Shown: positions 1-32,827 of the stretch, piece after piece
Numbering within the stretch: position 1 is the stretch's first letter
How the letters are laid out: each line of letters opens with the position of its first letter
Assembly: GCF_964355755.1 (NCBI RefSeq)
Contig: NC_092672.1
Span: forward strand, 2,976,001-3,040,000
Reading direction: 5' to 3'
Source: Antedon mediterranea
Taxonomy: Eukaryota > Animalia > Echinodermata
Length of the DNA stretch: 64,000 bases
Made by a program: the position numbers and the translations under genes
Notes under the pieces: model-generated
Seen by the model: only the letters and a program-made list of their open reading frames with translations
Database searches by the model: none
What the model was told of the DNA's origin: nothing

Positions 1-298
1 ATGTGAGTGAGCCTCGCCTCTAATTACGAATCAATCAGTAAATATTTATATAGACATTCAGTATTTATACTTTATTCTATTAATTTATTATGAAAACATA
101 TTATTATATATTGTACTTTCAAAACGATTTCCGTCGGTAGTGACGTGATAACTTTTTTTTGTGGATTTCTTTACTCTATTCTGATTGGTTATTTGGTTCA
201 CTTCCCCTGGCTCAATAACCGTCATACACATTTGTGATAGAAATTCACGGAGTCAGAACTGGGGGTTCACTGCAGTCGAGATTGAGCATTGGGAAGGT

Positions 299-7732
<7,434 letters not shown>

Positions 7733-9317
7733 ATAACCATTCCTTTTAAACATTGCAATACCTGTTTCGAGTTCACTTTTAGTGACATTAATTCTTAATT
7801 TTGATTTTTATTATTTTGTTTTTGCTTTGATTCATCAAGCAACATGATTACAGGGTACGGATGCAGGGTTACATCCTATATTAGACACATTCAAACTGCG
7901 CATGCGCATTGGTAAATTGTTTATACGTCATTCAGACTTTTAGTTTGAATAGCGATTGTGTTAATAATAGATGTAAACAGTAATTCACATACAAAATAGA
8001 ATAAGTTGTGCATTCACACTACTATTCAACTAATACTTTTCATTTAAATAAATATAAGTATAAATTTAAAAAAAACTGTGTTTGCATCGATTGCTTTCAA
8101 AATGATGTAAATAGTTTGTATGTATTCTGAGATTATGTAAAATAACATTTCTACTTAAATAAATCTATATATAATTCTATATATTTCTATTTATATAAAT
8201 TACCGCATGTATTTGTTTGACTTTGTATACGGAGGATTCAGTATTTGTTCTTTTCATTGTATTTTTAAATTGTTGAATAAAATTACAAGTTCTTAAAATA
8301 CTAAGGTGTACGTATTTTTTTGTTTTATTTTGCACGACAAGATACCATCAGCTTGTAACAAGCTGTATGTATGTAATAATTGTGATATTTTATCATTGTT
8401 GAGTGAGTATTAATTGACTAGTAATGTCTTCCAAAACTTTCAACCAATCAGATACCTGAACGTAAAATCCTTGTTGTACATAAACGCCCTCTAACGTCAA
8501 ATTATTCACTATAAACAAAGATGGTGTACTTTGCTATAAATATAAAAGTATACGTTGCGCCCTCTAAAAATATTAGCCTAACATAGCAATAGTAGATAAA
8601 GGCAATTGCATTATCTTACCCTGTCCTCAAGAAATTTAATGGTGACTTAAGTTAGGAAGTTTCTAATTGTCTCATTGACCAGAGAATACGGTAGATAATT
8701 TTTTAAATGCCATTTAACAAATTAAAATGCGTGGGCAAGTGTACATCCATACACAAATGTCAACAACGTTTTATAAAACGCATTCCCTCGTGTGCGATCC
8801 CATATCCGCATTTAATAAAAAGTCACAATGAGTTTGAACGCGTGGGCACATGTTTAAAACGCGTCATCTTCACTGGAAATTAGATGATAATTTTTACTGG
8901 TGTAAGTAGTTTCGAATTGTAAATTGGTCGATGTCTGTGATTATTTTTTCCACTTTTATTAAATTTCGGAAATGTTCTTATTGGGTATAACAAATTAAAT
9001 CTTCAAGAAAGGTACGAAAACGTAGTGAATAATGGAAGTGTCAAAGTTCAAAATTGTTCACAATCTGATAATTTCCCGTGAAAGATGAAATACAGGATGA
9101 CACGCTCCTTTGAGAATCATAATAGTAGTCTGCTTCTTTCTTTTACGATAATTCTAACCGCGCCATTAAACACTCATAATCAACAGCAGTATCTGCATGC
9201 CTGATTTAAAAATAAAGACATACTGCAGTCACATAAGTTCAACATTCTTTCAATTCAGGCTAGCATACCAAATGTGACTGAATCATGACTGAAGGTGTAT
9301 ATGTATGCTAGCTGTGT

Positions 9318-9445
9318 AAAGCATTGTCTACACTCAAAGTGTATGTGACAAAAAATATGATGTGCCCATATATGGAATGATGATGTCATATCACTATACC
9401 ATATTTGGGTATATCACTACCATATTTGGGCACATCACACACATA
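9318..9445. mobile_element. MITE family B, partial copy
   Basis: tgtctacact...tgatgtgcccatatatgg...cactaccatatttgggcacatcac, shared with 53101-53626 and 54178-54392. Confidence 0.65.
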
Positions 9446-12019
9446 TAGTCCATAGATTTATGGTAATCAGGACTTTATAGCAATTAACACTTTAATTAAC
9501 ACATGGAAGAGTGAATCCTATCTATCATACCTCGTTTTAAAGGAAACATGAACTTCATAGAGATACCGCGCTATGACGTCATTCACCCTCCAAATTATGA
9601 TAATAGCAAATAATTTCCATTTCCAAGATTAGAATAAGGAGGACAGTTAGTAAGAAACGTTAAAATGCTGTTACCCTATTTTATAAAATGAATGTTGAAT
9701 AATGACTTGATCATTAACCTATGACGTCATTTTCACTGTGAACATTAGGGTTACGTAAGGGCCAACGACGCATTAAGAATATCAGTAATTTTTTAAACTC
9801 GGGAGTTTAAAATTGTATTAAAGAAATCGAAAGCATTATAAGTTGACGGGTGTCTGGAGTACAAAATAGCAACCCCTCACTATAGCATTTCCTTATAGAG
9901 TCTTATGTACTAATTGAACATTTCCTGGGACATTGGAACTGAGATGAGGAGAGAAACGTAAAATGAAAGTAGTGGGCTGTGGATGGATGGATGGATGGAT
10001 GGATGTCACCTGTGATGTAATAAAATATAAAGATAAAGAAATAGGTTAAGTCGGAAAAAAGGTACAAATCTGATGTTACCTTTTTTGGCAATTGAACCAG
10101 GCATAGTATAGTGAAATAAAGAATTGTTGATAAAAACGCTGTTGATTTGCTTTCTCACGTTCTGACTTCACTCGTTATGGTTGAAGAGGCTTACTTCTTA
10201 TTTACAATGTTAAAAAAAAACCAAAATTAGATCATAAAACTTTTCCTGAATGATATTTGCAAGAATCGACCAAATTGTCATGTCATTTTTTTGTTTTGAA
10301 CCATGTATGAATTGTTCCATTTAGTCATAAAAACGTGCCGCCCAATTAAAAAGACATCATTGCGATAAATGTAGTCATATTTCTGTGTTTCTTATTACAA
10401 TTGCCCATATTTGAAATGATTACTTCCAGTGGGTGAAACCCAATAGGCTAAATTATGCTACGTAACTAAGATAACTATGACGTAGGTGCAAACATTGACC
10501 AATAACAACCGATGATTCGTGATTTGCATCTGCTTTGCAACCAAAAACAAATGTTTCTTAAATTTTCGACTGACACCGTTTTAAAGAACATCTAGGGTCA
10601 ACGATTTGTTCGATTATAGTCTATATGTATTTAATTTAATAGTATGACAATACTTCCGGTATTTTCCAGGAATTGTTCCAGTTGGACTAATTATACTACC
10701 AATTCCAACCAGGTTATATATACAAATAAAGTAATATAGTAGCATCATTAATGGTTTCTAAAAACTGCATCAATGGTACTCATTGTTTAAATAACTATTA
10801 TGATTTTAAAAGAAACCTTTCCTTTCCGCTGATCCTCCCTAATGTGGTTTAGAAAAATCCATTTAAAGTTCAAAGATCTTTCTGTAATATTGTATTGTTT
10901 CATGCTCTGTAATTTGTAATTGTACTTTCTAATCCGATACTTTTATATTGATTGCAATATAGGTTATTTCAATTTGGAGATGCCTTGATACATCTGTTTT
11001 AAAATTGTGTTATGAAATAACAGATTACATCTATATTTAGTTTGTAGGCGAATTACTTTTGTGTATTGGAATATTTGAGCCAATGAAGTCCATCTAAAAA
11101 TTGGGAGGGACTACTATGTAGTGTGAGGTATTCAACGATATAGGGCTACGGTTGATAATGCATACGTTTCAAACGACTCTTCAGTAACCTTTTTACTGCG
11201 GTGCACTATGGGTAATATTCTTTTCCGACGATCCACCACCAGTGATTGCACAATTAATTAAAACAATGATGAGAAAATGTAAGGTCATTCAGTATATCTG
11301 CGTCATCAATGAATGGAATACACACGTAATGCTTTTCAGTTCCGAAGTTCAATAACCTATTTAAGAATTCTAGAAGAAAAACATGAAAAAAAAGCACCTC
11401 ACAGGGCATTGTAAAGTACGCGGATTATACTCACTTAAGTGACTTATTTGGAAGGCAGAATAAGCATTTATTCACAACAAACAACACGTAAAAAGAATAT
11501 ACAATAAATAAGATTGTGGACTAATATCATAATGATATTAATTATTACCCATTGATATAGGAGAGAGGTATCACATGTCGATAAGTGAGGAATTCATCGT
11601 CCCTGGACACCCAACAAGAAAACACATAAACTCAGAAACCAGTAAATGTGTGTAAATCTATGTTTGTAATTTTACAAATGTGTGCATTATAGTATGTCAT
11701 TACACCTAGACTAGTTTCTAGATGACTTGCAATAGTCAGTCAGAATCTATCTAGTTACAGTTGCAGAATCGGGTGTATTATCGTCATCCCAACAGCTGAT
11801 ACATGTCGTAATGTATGTATAGATATTGATTTTTCTGGAAAAGATTATTATTCATAATACTTAAGATACTGTTAATGAATCTTTCATCAAATGTTCATCC
11901 CTTCCCAATATTTTAATATGTCTATAAAAAGCTCTTCACTATCAAACTTTCCATTATTGTTTAAATCTTTGAAGGAAGTAAATAAATGTTATTTTGAATT
12001 GAATTGAATTTAAATTATT

Positions 12020-12131
12020 TGACACAAAAAAAAATGTGATGTGCCCATATATGGACATGGTGATGTTATAACACTACCATATTTAAGCACAACTTTATTG
12101 TCTTCAAACTAGTTTGATAGTGTAGACAGAC
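12020..12131. mobile_element. MITE family B, partial copy
   Basis: gatgtgcccatatatggac...aaactagtttgatagtgtagacag (family B right TIR). Confidence 0.6.
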
Positions 12132-12173
12132 AGGTTCCGATGCCACTAATGTACTGTAACATTTTCTAAAATT

Positions 12174-12362
12174 ATGTTATTCTATATGTACATTATTGTT
12201 ATGTTATTCTATATGTACATTATTGTTATGTTATTCTATATGTACATTATTGTTATGTTATTCTATATGTACATTATTGTTATGTTATTCTATATGTACA
12301 TTATTGTTATGTTATTCTATATGTACATTATTGTTATGTTATTCTATATGTACATTATTGTT
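12174..12362. repeat. 27-bp minisatellite x7
   Basis: Perfect tandem ATGTTATTCTATATGTACATTATTGTT. Confidence 0.95.
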
Positions 12363-12885
12363 TTAACCGTTTATAAGAAGAATTTAAAAAAAAAACAGTA
12401 GACCTCGAATAACTGTCCATCTCTTTTTATTTGCTCATATCTAAATAATAAACACGGTCTTACCACCTGGACCAAAAATTAAATGACTGGGCATTACATA
12501 ACCATGGTCATTGTATCTATCCGTGATATAACTACATACGTACAACCATCAATATAGCTCTGCCGCATTTCCGTTTTGATTATTTTTTTATATTCCAAGC
12601 GACTTGACTCCAAATAATATAATAATTTCAAGGACAAAAGGATTACAGCTTGATACGGATAATCCTTGTCCAATAGGATTTAGAGATCCGATTTCTGTCT
12701 CGTTAATTCGAAAGTCCACTTATAATAACTGATTAACCTAAATATGAGATGTAAATGAACGCAAAACTGCATCCTACATTTCTATTTTCTGTCTTTTTTA
12801 ATCATGCTTTGGATTTAACACAGTTGCTTTCATGGAACGGAAAACCGCGACGTTTGTTGTTTCATGTAACCTGGAGAAATATTTG

Positions 12886-13141
12886 ATTTCCACTAGGACG
12901 CAAGACAATGACGTATAAAGCGCACCGCAAGTATTGCCCAATGACGCTTAACGCGATGGTGGATGATTGGTTCTTGTGCGTTGTGCTTGCGCCCTTAAGC
13001 TTGGCAACGCAAGGACGTAACGCAACGTCAGTGATTTGACCAATCACAAGCGATTGATTATTCGAACAGTGGCTTGTCATTGGTCAACTCGTTTGCGTTG
13101 CGCGTACGTCCTTGCATGGCGTCTCCTGTGGGAACCACGCT
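12886..13141. mobile_element. MITE family A (Harbinger-like), diverged
   Basis: ttccactaggacgcaa...tgaccaatcacaagcga...gtgggaaccacgct followed by tta. Confidence 0.65.
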
Positions 13142-14832
13142 TTAACATGGCATCGCCGTGAAAAACGTAGCTTATGATAAAAAGTATTTTTTAATTATTA
13201 CAATTTAAAAAAAATTGCTTTTTATGCCTGGGCGGTTGGACATAATATATGCTAGACCTAGTGCTTCACAATATTCAAACAAACTACATTTGAGTAGAGA
13301 ATATTATATTCTCATTCTTCAATCACGTTTTTGGTTTCTGAATAATTATGTTTTGCCAAACTGTCTTTTGATTATCCAGAAAGTTCATGCCATCACCACT
13401 GATGTGATGAGTTTCTCTAAAGAGATTTCTAGGCCGACTGAATATTGGCGATTGTAGCCTGCCGATATGGTCTTTCTTTATCCCGATTCCCAATACATTA
13501 AGACGTACATGGCTTAGCTGTTACTGTACGCTCGAGTTTCAAGAAATGACTTTCGTGGTCTTAAAAAAAAGAACACGTCAGTCTCGTTGTAAAATCGGTT
13601 ATTAGAGTTTATCTTTAATCCGAATACATCCAGACGTTAAACATACATAAATCACAAAACACAAATTATTATAAATTCATATCTAAAATGTGTTTATTTT
13701 CGACAATCTTTTTCACTTACTATTTTACATATAACAATATATAATATGGCATCATTTGATGAAGCCATGTTAGATATTGAACCATTTACATACTATGGTT
13801 TTATAACTTATAAGACAACAAAATTATTTTATTATTTAAAAATAAGGAATAATTATTGGAAAAGGCAAAGCTGGCGTGGAATAACAGCTATTTAGATAGC
13901 AAAAAATGCATAGGTTTTATAAATATTTAGAGAGATGAAAAGTCTGGAGTTCATAAACTCGCTTCACCCACCAATTGTTGACAGTGTAAATAATCCTAAA
14001 CACAAATTGAATGATCAAATTCAATTGTTATTCAACAACAACAACAAAAGTAAATTCATTTGTAATAACGAATGAACATACATTAATTGTAGGCCTATCA
14101 ACATAAATATAACAATAAAATAATAATCTAATATTTTACATTGAAATAATTATCCGTAATGATTTACCTACCATACAAAAGAAACACTAAATGTGCGCGT
14201 ACATAAACCTTGCGCGTAGCAAGTTATTACTAAACTGTACGCGCAACCTTGCGCGTAGCACTGTACGCGCACATCATGACGCACATACTGCAGAATTAAG
14301 CATGTGCTTATGTTGGCGATATTATATCATAAATGTACACATACAGTTTATTTAGGAATACTGTATTTCTAAAGCTACCTCGTATACATAGTGCATGGGT
14401 CCCGCCCTTGCCAATACATTTTAGAATGTTTTTCTAACATAAATAGTTAATAAGTTACTAAAATTCGTATATGGCTAATATTTTTTAATAACGTCAACGA
14501 TACACAAAGATATGGAATATCTCAGTGTATTGTTACATTGAAAATACATAATATTTAAAAAATAACTAATAATTACTTATAATTTCATTACGAATATTGA
14601 ATAGTTTCTTATGTAATCTAAAACGTGTCTATTATAACACGATTTTCATTCATTTTTTGTTCATTCATTATTGGTAAAGGTTACATACTTATGTAGTATA
14701 AAGAAACTATTATCACTTATACAACGTAACTGAGGAATTCAATTTTGCTTTAGTTTACCAAAACCCATCTTCGCAACGACAGCAGATTAAGCTATTTTAC
14801 TTTGGTTTGACACGTGTAGCAATTACAATTTT

Positions 14833-25152
<10,320 letters not shown>

Positions 25153-27260
25153 TATTGTATCTTTGTTTCGAAGATCGCCTGTAAAACTTGATGATAAATG
25201 GAACTTCCCGACTCGTATGCCTGTTAAATATGACTTATCTACTAGGATGCAGCCTCTTCTTTACCACTCCGAGCACAATGGAGTTCTTGTTAAAAACAGA
25301 TCGTTTAAAAAAAATGCGGAGTAAGACGACTTGAGGTTTGTGACCGGTGCACTTTCTTTGCCAGTAGCCAATTTATTGTTTCACGATTGTTTGATTTTCC
25401 AGGATCGCCTACAGGAGCTGATGACGTAATTGCCCATTGATGCGTTTAGTTGGTAACGTGACCTGAGTATGAGTCACTATTATTTGAACATTACAATGCA
25501 CTCCTGAGGGGAATTTTGGTAATGTTACGGAATGACTGGCCTGCACACGCGCACGTAACCTTTAAACCCGCCTTTAAGACAAAACGAAAACTTAATTAAT
25601 TAATAAAGTGCACTAGTAACTTCATTATCATATCCGTTCTAATTATGAACTATTGACCAAATGAATATTCATAAGATGAGATCATCTGAACTTAAGCAGC
25701 TTGCCTTATATGGTGTGCAAACGGAAACGAGATTTGTTTAACTATACAATATATTTTATTCGACAATAAACGGATAAAGGAAAGATCCGTTGAAAAGATT
25801 AACGCGTGTAAAGAATAATTGAATAAAAGAAATAATATAGTGTGTGACCTCAAATATTCATTTCGAAGCGTATGTTTCGATTCGTATTGAAATATATTAT
25901 CATGTCAGTTTGTCTGAGATCACTTAATATATGCCAAAATAATCAATGGAGTGCGTAATTGACAGATTTATACTAAAACACATTGCCTTCTTTAAGAACT
26001 ATATAACCTTTACCTAATTTACCCACTTACCCATGTTGCTAATAATAGTGATTTTACATCACGTTTATTTTTCATTTTCATTGTATATTTATAATTTAAT
26101 ATTTATAATTTAAGTTTCTATTACCATAGAAGATTTGATTTGAAGTATTTGCGAATTCAGATCGTTAAAATAAAGATTTATAATTAATTTATAATACAGT
26201 AAATATATATTTTTATTATTATTTATTATCTATACAATTCCATAACTAGATCCCCCTAAATTTTGTAACGTGCGATTTAAAAGGACAGGACATATATTAG
26301 GTTAAATGCACTTTATTTTATATTAAGTCTTGCCTAACCCTCTTCCCTTATTTTAAGAACGTCTGATGTGGACATTATATAAACCGCTAGCAGGGTCCAT
26401 TTTCTCTATACAATACAAGCTATCGAAGGAAAGTATATGATATTCAGACGATTAAAAAAAAACTTTTTGTAACCGCAAGGTTAGTGACAATAATGAAACA
26501 ATTAAAGCGAAGTTTGTTTTACCAAGATCATTTTATCATTACTACTTGTGTAGGAATGTGAGGTAATTATTAGAACAAAAGGTCCACTTTATTGGCACAG
26601 TCAACTTATAGGTTATGCTTATTGTGGTTTGCCTGACCGGATCGTAAAGCTAACAAGATCTCATAACTTAATATTAGTCATTCAATTCACCTGGGTACTT
26701 CATAAGACCTTCATTGTTTTTATGATGTTTACCTTTCCTCATATCTTATTTGTATTTGGTGAAGAAAGAAAATGTCTAATATTAAATAAAAAAGTATTTA
26801 CATATCCAGAGAATTTAAACTAAACGCTCATTTTAAATTATCTTAGGCTATATTGCCTGCTTAGAGGTGAAATATAAGATTTAACATCCCCGAGGGAATG
26901 ATATTTTGCTCGAGGGAACTGATATTTCCCGAAGCGATTTTATGGAAGAACGTTAAACTTGTATATAAGTTTACACTTTATAGAAACACGTACAAGGCCG
27001 CAAGTCGTTAACCACACCCCACTACCTAGTTCAAGGGAGGCGTACGTTACGCCAGCCATACGTCTTACGTGTGAACAAACCCTCATTGCTCAACTGAAAA
27101 ACCCTGACAAAAATTATTAAATTGTAATGTTTTAGCATTTTATAATACAATTTATAGAAATAAAAACGTTGAGTTTGCGCTATTTATGATGAAAAAGTTT
27201 TTAAAATATAACCGCCAGAGGGCGCTTATTTAGAAAAACTTAAAATTAATCTGAATGTGT

Positions 27261-30200
27261 CTATAATTTAGACTGTGTATACATTTCCCCGTTTGTTGCT
27301 TTGATCTTCCCAGCATGTAGATTTTCTCCTTCTTCCATAGTTTCAGGTAGTGGTCTATTTCGTGTTTCTGGAAGTATATATACTGCCAGGCAAGCCATAG
27401 CCGCCAACACTCCGAATAAAATCTCTACACCACCATCGTAGTGTGAGTTCTACGAGAAAATGTAGAGATATGCCTATTACAATATATTAAAGACCTTTTC
27501 TTCAACTTTACTTTAGTTTATATGCTTTAAACAATGTGGTTATCTATCGCATGTAATTTAAAGAATCCCTTTAAGACCCATTTACACTAGGGCGATAACG
27601 ATCGACGATAAAAGGATAAATATGCATTTTTCATACCTGAAACAAAAGAATTTTTAAAAGTTTCATCCTAGAACTATAGGATTATCATCTATGGTGCCTT
27701 TGATGAAAATAATATTTCCACACGTCCAATCAAATAACATCATGATTAGTAAGAGCAATAATATCGTTACAATACAACGATTTTATTGTTTTTATTGATC
27801 ATGACGTCATTTGATTGCATTTTCAAAAACAATAATTTTATCAAATACACACTGTAAAAATAGTGTTTAGATCTTAAACATGTATTTTGTACCCACTTTT
27901 TCCACACATTTAGCCTTAAACATGTTTAGATGTGAAACATGTTTAGGTTCTAAACACATTCTAAGCATGTAGTCTGTATCCAACTCAACACATCAGTGAC
28001 GTATTGATTGTTAAACATGTGGAGCAATATGAAGACAAGTTTAGGTTTTAAACGTGTTTAATTTGCCATGATGTGGAGCTCATGTGTGGAGCTTTTTTCC
28101 GCCACAGTAAAATCGTATGCACGCAACGCTAAACACACACCTAAACATTTTGACTGCTAAACATGTGGAGTAATTGAACATAATATTGACATTAGTCAAG
28201 TGGAGGAAAACAACATGTAGCTATAAACACGCTTAGCTTTTAAACACCCTAAACATGTAACTCGTGTCTAAAAGCTAAACGTGTGGAAAAAGTGGGTACA
28301 AAATATAGGTGTTTAAGATCTAAACACTATTTTTACAGTGCAACATATATGATTATCATATAGTTTCTAGAAAGAAAACTGTTCTTTCGTTTTATCCAAC
28401 AAAAATGTATGTTTATCTATTTATTGTTGTCGCCCTAGTGTAAATGGGCCTTTAGAACATTTTAATTGTAGTTGAATGAATTAGGCAAAGTTTTCATACC
28501 AATGTCAAGAAAAATGGTGCAATGATAGAACCTATTCTTGCAGCGAATGAACACGTTCCAAATCCTGTATTCCTGCAAATAAAAATTCAAGTTGTGTGTC
28601 TTATCATTGCAAACATTCTATATGGAAGAAAAACTACGGTACAAGACGAGCAAATTAAGTAAACACTTCGAGGCCTACATCAATATTTTCGCAGATGAAT
28701 ATCGTCGTACGTCATATTTTGGCCACGCTTCGTGGTATTAAGGTAAGAAGACGAGAATAATACTGTAGGCGCAACCATTGTAATACCTGAGTTCTGTGGG
28801 AAATATTTCATTTCCATAAAGCCAACCAGTTCCAAATGCTGCCACAATTGCACATTTTCCCAAGCATGCTGACGTCAGTATGATTGGAAATAGATTTGTA
28901 CCGTCACCTGGAAATCAACAAAATATATTGTAAAGAATAATCTAATCAGAGTAGCTTTAATATAGGTTCTCACTTCGACGCAATCGCAAGTACTTAGCGC
29001 ACCGCAAGTAATTTGACCAATCACGACGCGATGGATTATTCGAATTGTCATTTGTGATTGATCAACTTTAAATAAAGGATACTTACTCGACGTTAAAGGT
29101 GTAAATCCGGAAATGAAAGAAAATAACGACGCTGCAATAAGAAAGACAGAGAGTAACAGACGTCTATTATACCTGCAAGTAATACAAATTAATAATGTTA
29201 TTGGCGCATGTAATGTGTGCAACACTAAAGCGTGGTTCCCGCTATACTAGAACGCCGCAGCGCAGTGACGTATTGACACACAGTGATGTATTGCGTAATC
29301 ACCAGTGGGAACCGACGACGCAACAGTGCTGCAAAAATCGCAGGTTTGATTTCGCGCAGGCGGAGCAAAACACAATTATTGGAAGTGCATTTGTTCGTAC
29401 GTTGCGTAGGTTGCGTTACGTTGTGTCGCTAGTAGGAACCAAGCTAAAATCATCTTGTTTTACCGCGTACGGATCTTTTTATCGGCGGCTGCGGAGTTCA
29501 GAGTCAGTTTACCATTATATTGGTCATCTCTTTTATCAATATCTTGTCTGTGCTTTCATCATACAGTACTCCCACCTTTCAACCTTCACTTAACAACTTA
29601 CCACCACCTTATGTCATCTGAAGCTGCCTGCACAAGTAATCGATAAAAATTATGATTGATTTAAAATTAGAATGTCTGGATATGGCCGGGTGTTTTAGTT
29701 ACTCTCTTCTTTTTTACAAAATTGTTTAAAAAAATGATGAAAATAAAATTTTAAAAAAAGATTATAATTACCTCGGTAATAAATACACAGTAATAATTCC
29801 GCCTGGTAAATCAACCAAACAGACCAAGAACATGTTGAGATACTTATCACCATATAGATTAGAACTGTTTAATGCCATACCATAGTATACGAGGCTATTT
29901 ATCATACTATATGATGAAAGCAATTTGAAATAGATAATGAATAGGACAGAAGACTAGATGATTAATTAACGAAATATACAATAGATTATCTATATCATTC
30001 CTATGTCAGCAACGTAGCATAACTAGTTTACGCTATATCTGTAAACTAGAAAAGATATTATTTATTTATTTATTTATTTACATTTATTTACCCAGGGTAG
30101 CCCAAACAGTTAAAAACTGGTTTCCATTGGGGCCCTGCATTTCAGGTTTTTTTTTTTTCATTACGGTATTATTATGGCAAACAAAATGGCATAAAGAATA

Positions 30201-32827
30201 AGTATGTTTAATCAATACGTTTTCTATCTAATTATTGCTATAGTTATTTTGATAAGTTGATAATTTGATAAGTAAACTTACAATATACAGTAAGTAATAA
30301 GCGTATTTCTCAACATCCTTGGTCTACGAAATACGTCAATCATTGTATAGGTTCGTTCTTTTGCCACGTCTGATTTTGCTGAGCCAGTGACGTCGTTTCT
30401 CTTCTGGAGAGACATGCTTTCATTGGATTCTTCCCTCTCTAAATTGGTTTTTATGTTAAAATCTTTAGGAATTGCATCAATATATACGTTGCTTTCGTCT
30501 AATTTGTTGAATTTGGCAATTTTACGAAAGACGTTGTTGGCATCGGTCAGACGTCCTTTTGATATCATCCATCTTGGAGATTCGTAAACAAACCTGATAC
30601 AAAAGATTTAATTTGCTGGTCATCATGGATATTGCAATTTACATAATATTAATATTATGTGAATGATGGAACAATAACGGTTTCTGTGACAATTAATCAA
30701 CTGCAGTGAATCCAACTGCGGCACTTTTACACATAATGCAGGTGGAAATAACCACATATGTTTATGACCAAAAAATGTTCGTTAAAGCAGTTCACTCTGA
30801 GAAGTGATTTTATAACAAGCGTCAGAAAGAGCTAAATACATGGCCGGATCCATACATACCACCAAAGAAATACTGCTGTTAGACAAGGTGCAGAAATAGC
30901 AATCTGCATGTGTCTCCAATCACGCAGAAGGTAAGCATACAGGGGCAGAAAGGCAATAGCCACACCCCATGACACGTTAGAAAGACAACCTGCAGCAGTT
31001 CGTTTTTCAGGCGGAAACATTTCCATTAAAAGCACGAATGAGGGGACATTTATACACTGAAAAGATACGATAAACTATATTATCTTCATATCAAATTTTG
31101 CTATATAATGTAAGTTTGTTTTTTCATGGGCCCGTCCCACCTTTACTGTCATATAGCAGAATGTTAACATATACTTTAATAACATTATATTGGTATGGTT
31201 TGTATTAAAATATAAATATAAATATAAGTGACAGTAACTATTTTATTAGATTTTTTTTTTCTTGCTTTTACGACAGCCGTCAACTAAATCGTTGGCAGCC
31301 GTTAACGATTTAGGGAAAACAGAAACATAAAATTAAATCTAAATTAATCTTCCACGTTAAATTTAATCGACAAAATGATTTTTAATGGTTGTGATTGTTT
31401 TATAACTTTTTTTCCGATCTTGCGGCGATACAATTATATTACTGTATTTATAAGCAAGCGGTGATTACAAAACAAGGCAAGAAAAGTCCCAGATAATAAT
31501 AATACCGGTACTGACACATTATGACTGCAGGGCCATATCAGAGAGATTCTGGAAATTCATCAACGGAGAAGTGAGAACAATGGCGATTTGATTATTGAAA
31601 CTTTCATATAATTTGTCCTAGAAATATAACAATTTAGGTATTTGTATAGCGCCAGTATCAATTAAACCGAAATAAAAATCAAAGGCGCTTGTATTAGATG
31701 TTAAAAGGTTGCGTTTTAAGTTCTTTAAAAAAAATAGCAATAGATGTTCATTTAGTAATATGTCGAGGGAGCGAATTCCAAAGAGAAGCAGCAGAGAACA
31801 TAAAAGACCTTTGTCTAGGAACAACCAGTAGGTTTTGATCAGCCGAACGAAGAAAAGCAAGAGGGGTGTAGGGAGGAAGAAGATAAAGAAGATAAACGCA
31901 TTAAAACATACTTGTTCTATAATGGCTGTAAAGAACCACACAGCAGCGAATGAGTAGAAAGACGTAGTAAAAGTCAATGCTATTCCAGTTATACCAATCA
32001 AAAAAGTAGCTGCTAGAAAAACATTTCGTCTTCCGAAATAATCTGATGTTAGCCCTGATACTATGGATCCAACGAGAACACCACAGAAGTACACCGACAC
32101 AACGGTGTTTGCCATTAATTTCTTGTCACATACCAAATCAAACTAAATTGAAAATGTTCATGAAGTTTCAGTGAGCATACATTTTTTTCTCTCTCTTTTG
32201 CAGCATGAACCACCACTTTTAATCTTTTTTTCATAATTAAATACATTAAAAATAATCAGTAACATTTGTCTTTTAGCTACACAACTTCTTATATGTTATT
32301 TCTTTAATCATATTGTTTTCCTCCTTGTTTCATTAATTACTTGTATTATTCTGCTAATTTATTTTTCTACGGAAGTGATTAACTTTGTTAAAACTACAAA
32401 ATGGCCTATTAAAAGTCTAATTTTATTGATCTTCATTTTTCATGTTTTTGGAACAACATTGCGTATGGCCAAAGATAGGCCTACTAACCTCATTGACAAC
32501 TGTCGATTCTCCAACAGTTAGCATGTACTCATTTCCATTCGGACAGCCTATCGTTTCATTTGTCAACGTACCATTGTCTATTTCATATATCAAACAGCTC
32601 TCGTACTCAACTATAGTATCACTGTGTTCCTTACTTATCGGAATAGCTTCTGATTTACTAAAACCTTCGTATGGTTTGCAGAAATGTGTAGGTGTATCCA
32701 CGATGAAGATGAAGGCAATGATATGAAGTGCAGGTACCATAGTCCCGTATACACACACCACCAACAGCAACAGTATTTGGTATCTTCCCCATGGCTTGAG
32801 ACTTCTTAAAATTTCGTCAATATCCAT
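27261..32827 (-). CDS. SLC22-family organic cation/anion transporter, 9 coding exons, 560 aa
   Basis: Exons 32827-32489, 32142-31912, 31056-30860, 30593-30282, 29906-29772, 29172-29087, 28907-28787, 28572-28500, 27449-27261; total 1683 nt in frame. Motifs WGRYQ, TVVNEFDLVC, SDYFGRR, ESPRW, EIFPTELR, LPETRNRPLPET. Confidence 0.93.
27574..28451. mobile_element. MITE family C (Harbinger-like foldback) carrying a nested insertion
   Basis: TIR agacccatttacactagggcga / tcgccctagtgtaaatgggcct, TTA TSD on both sides. Confidence 0.75.
27850..28340. mobile_element. Non-autonomous CACTA/EnSpm-like element (CACTG ends)
   Basis: 31-bp perfect TIR CACTGTAAAAATAGTGTTTAGATCTTAAACA extending imperfectly to ~70 bp; 2-bp TSD CA; many subterminal taaaca motifs. 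Confidence 0.8.
29229..29445. mobile_element. MITE family A variant (same subtype as 16310-16520, opposite orientation)
   Basis: agcgtggttccc...ctagtaggaaccaagct. Confidence 0.75.
31690..31830 (-). mobile_element. Decayed 3' end of a CR1/L2-group LINE ORF2
   Basis: Minus strand translates RSFMFSAASLWNSLPRHITK*TSIAIFFKELKT, resembling the 'RSF...LWNSLP...FK..LKT' ORF2 terminus. Confidence 0.5.

Noticed and set aside
12174-12401. ORF (MLFYMYIIV)n
   Set aside because: Artefact of the 27-bp minisatellite.
29195-29593. 132-aa plus-strand ORF
   Set aside because: Spans a family A MITE in an SLC22 intron; no protein-like features.
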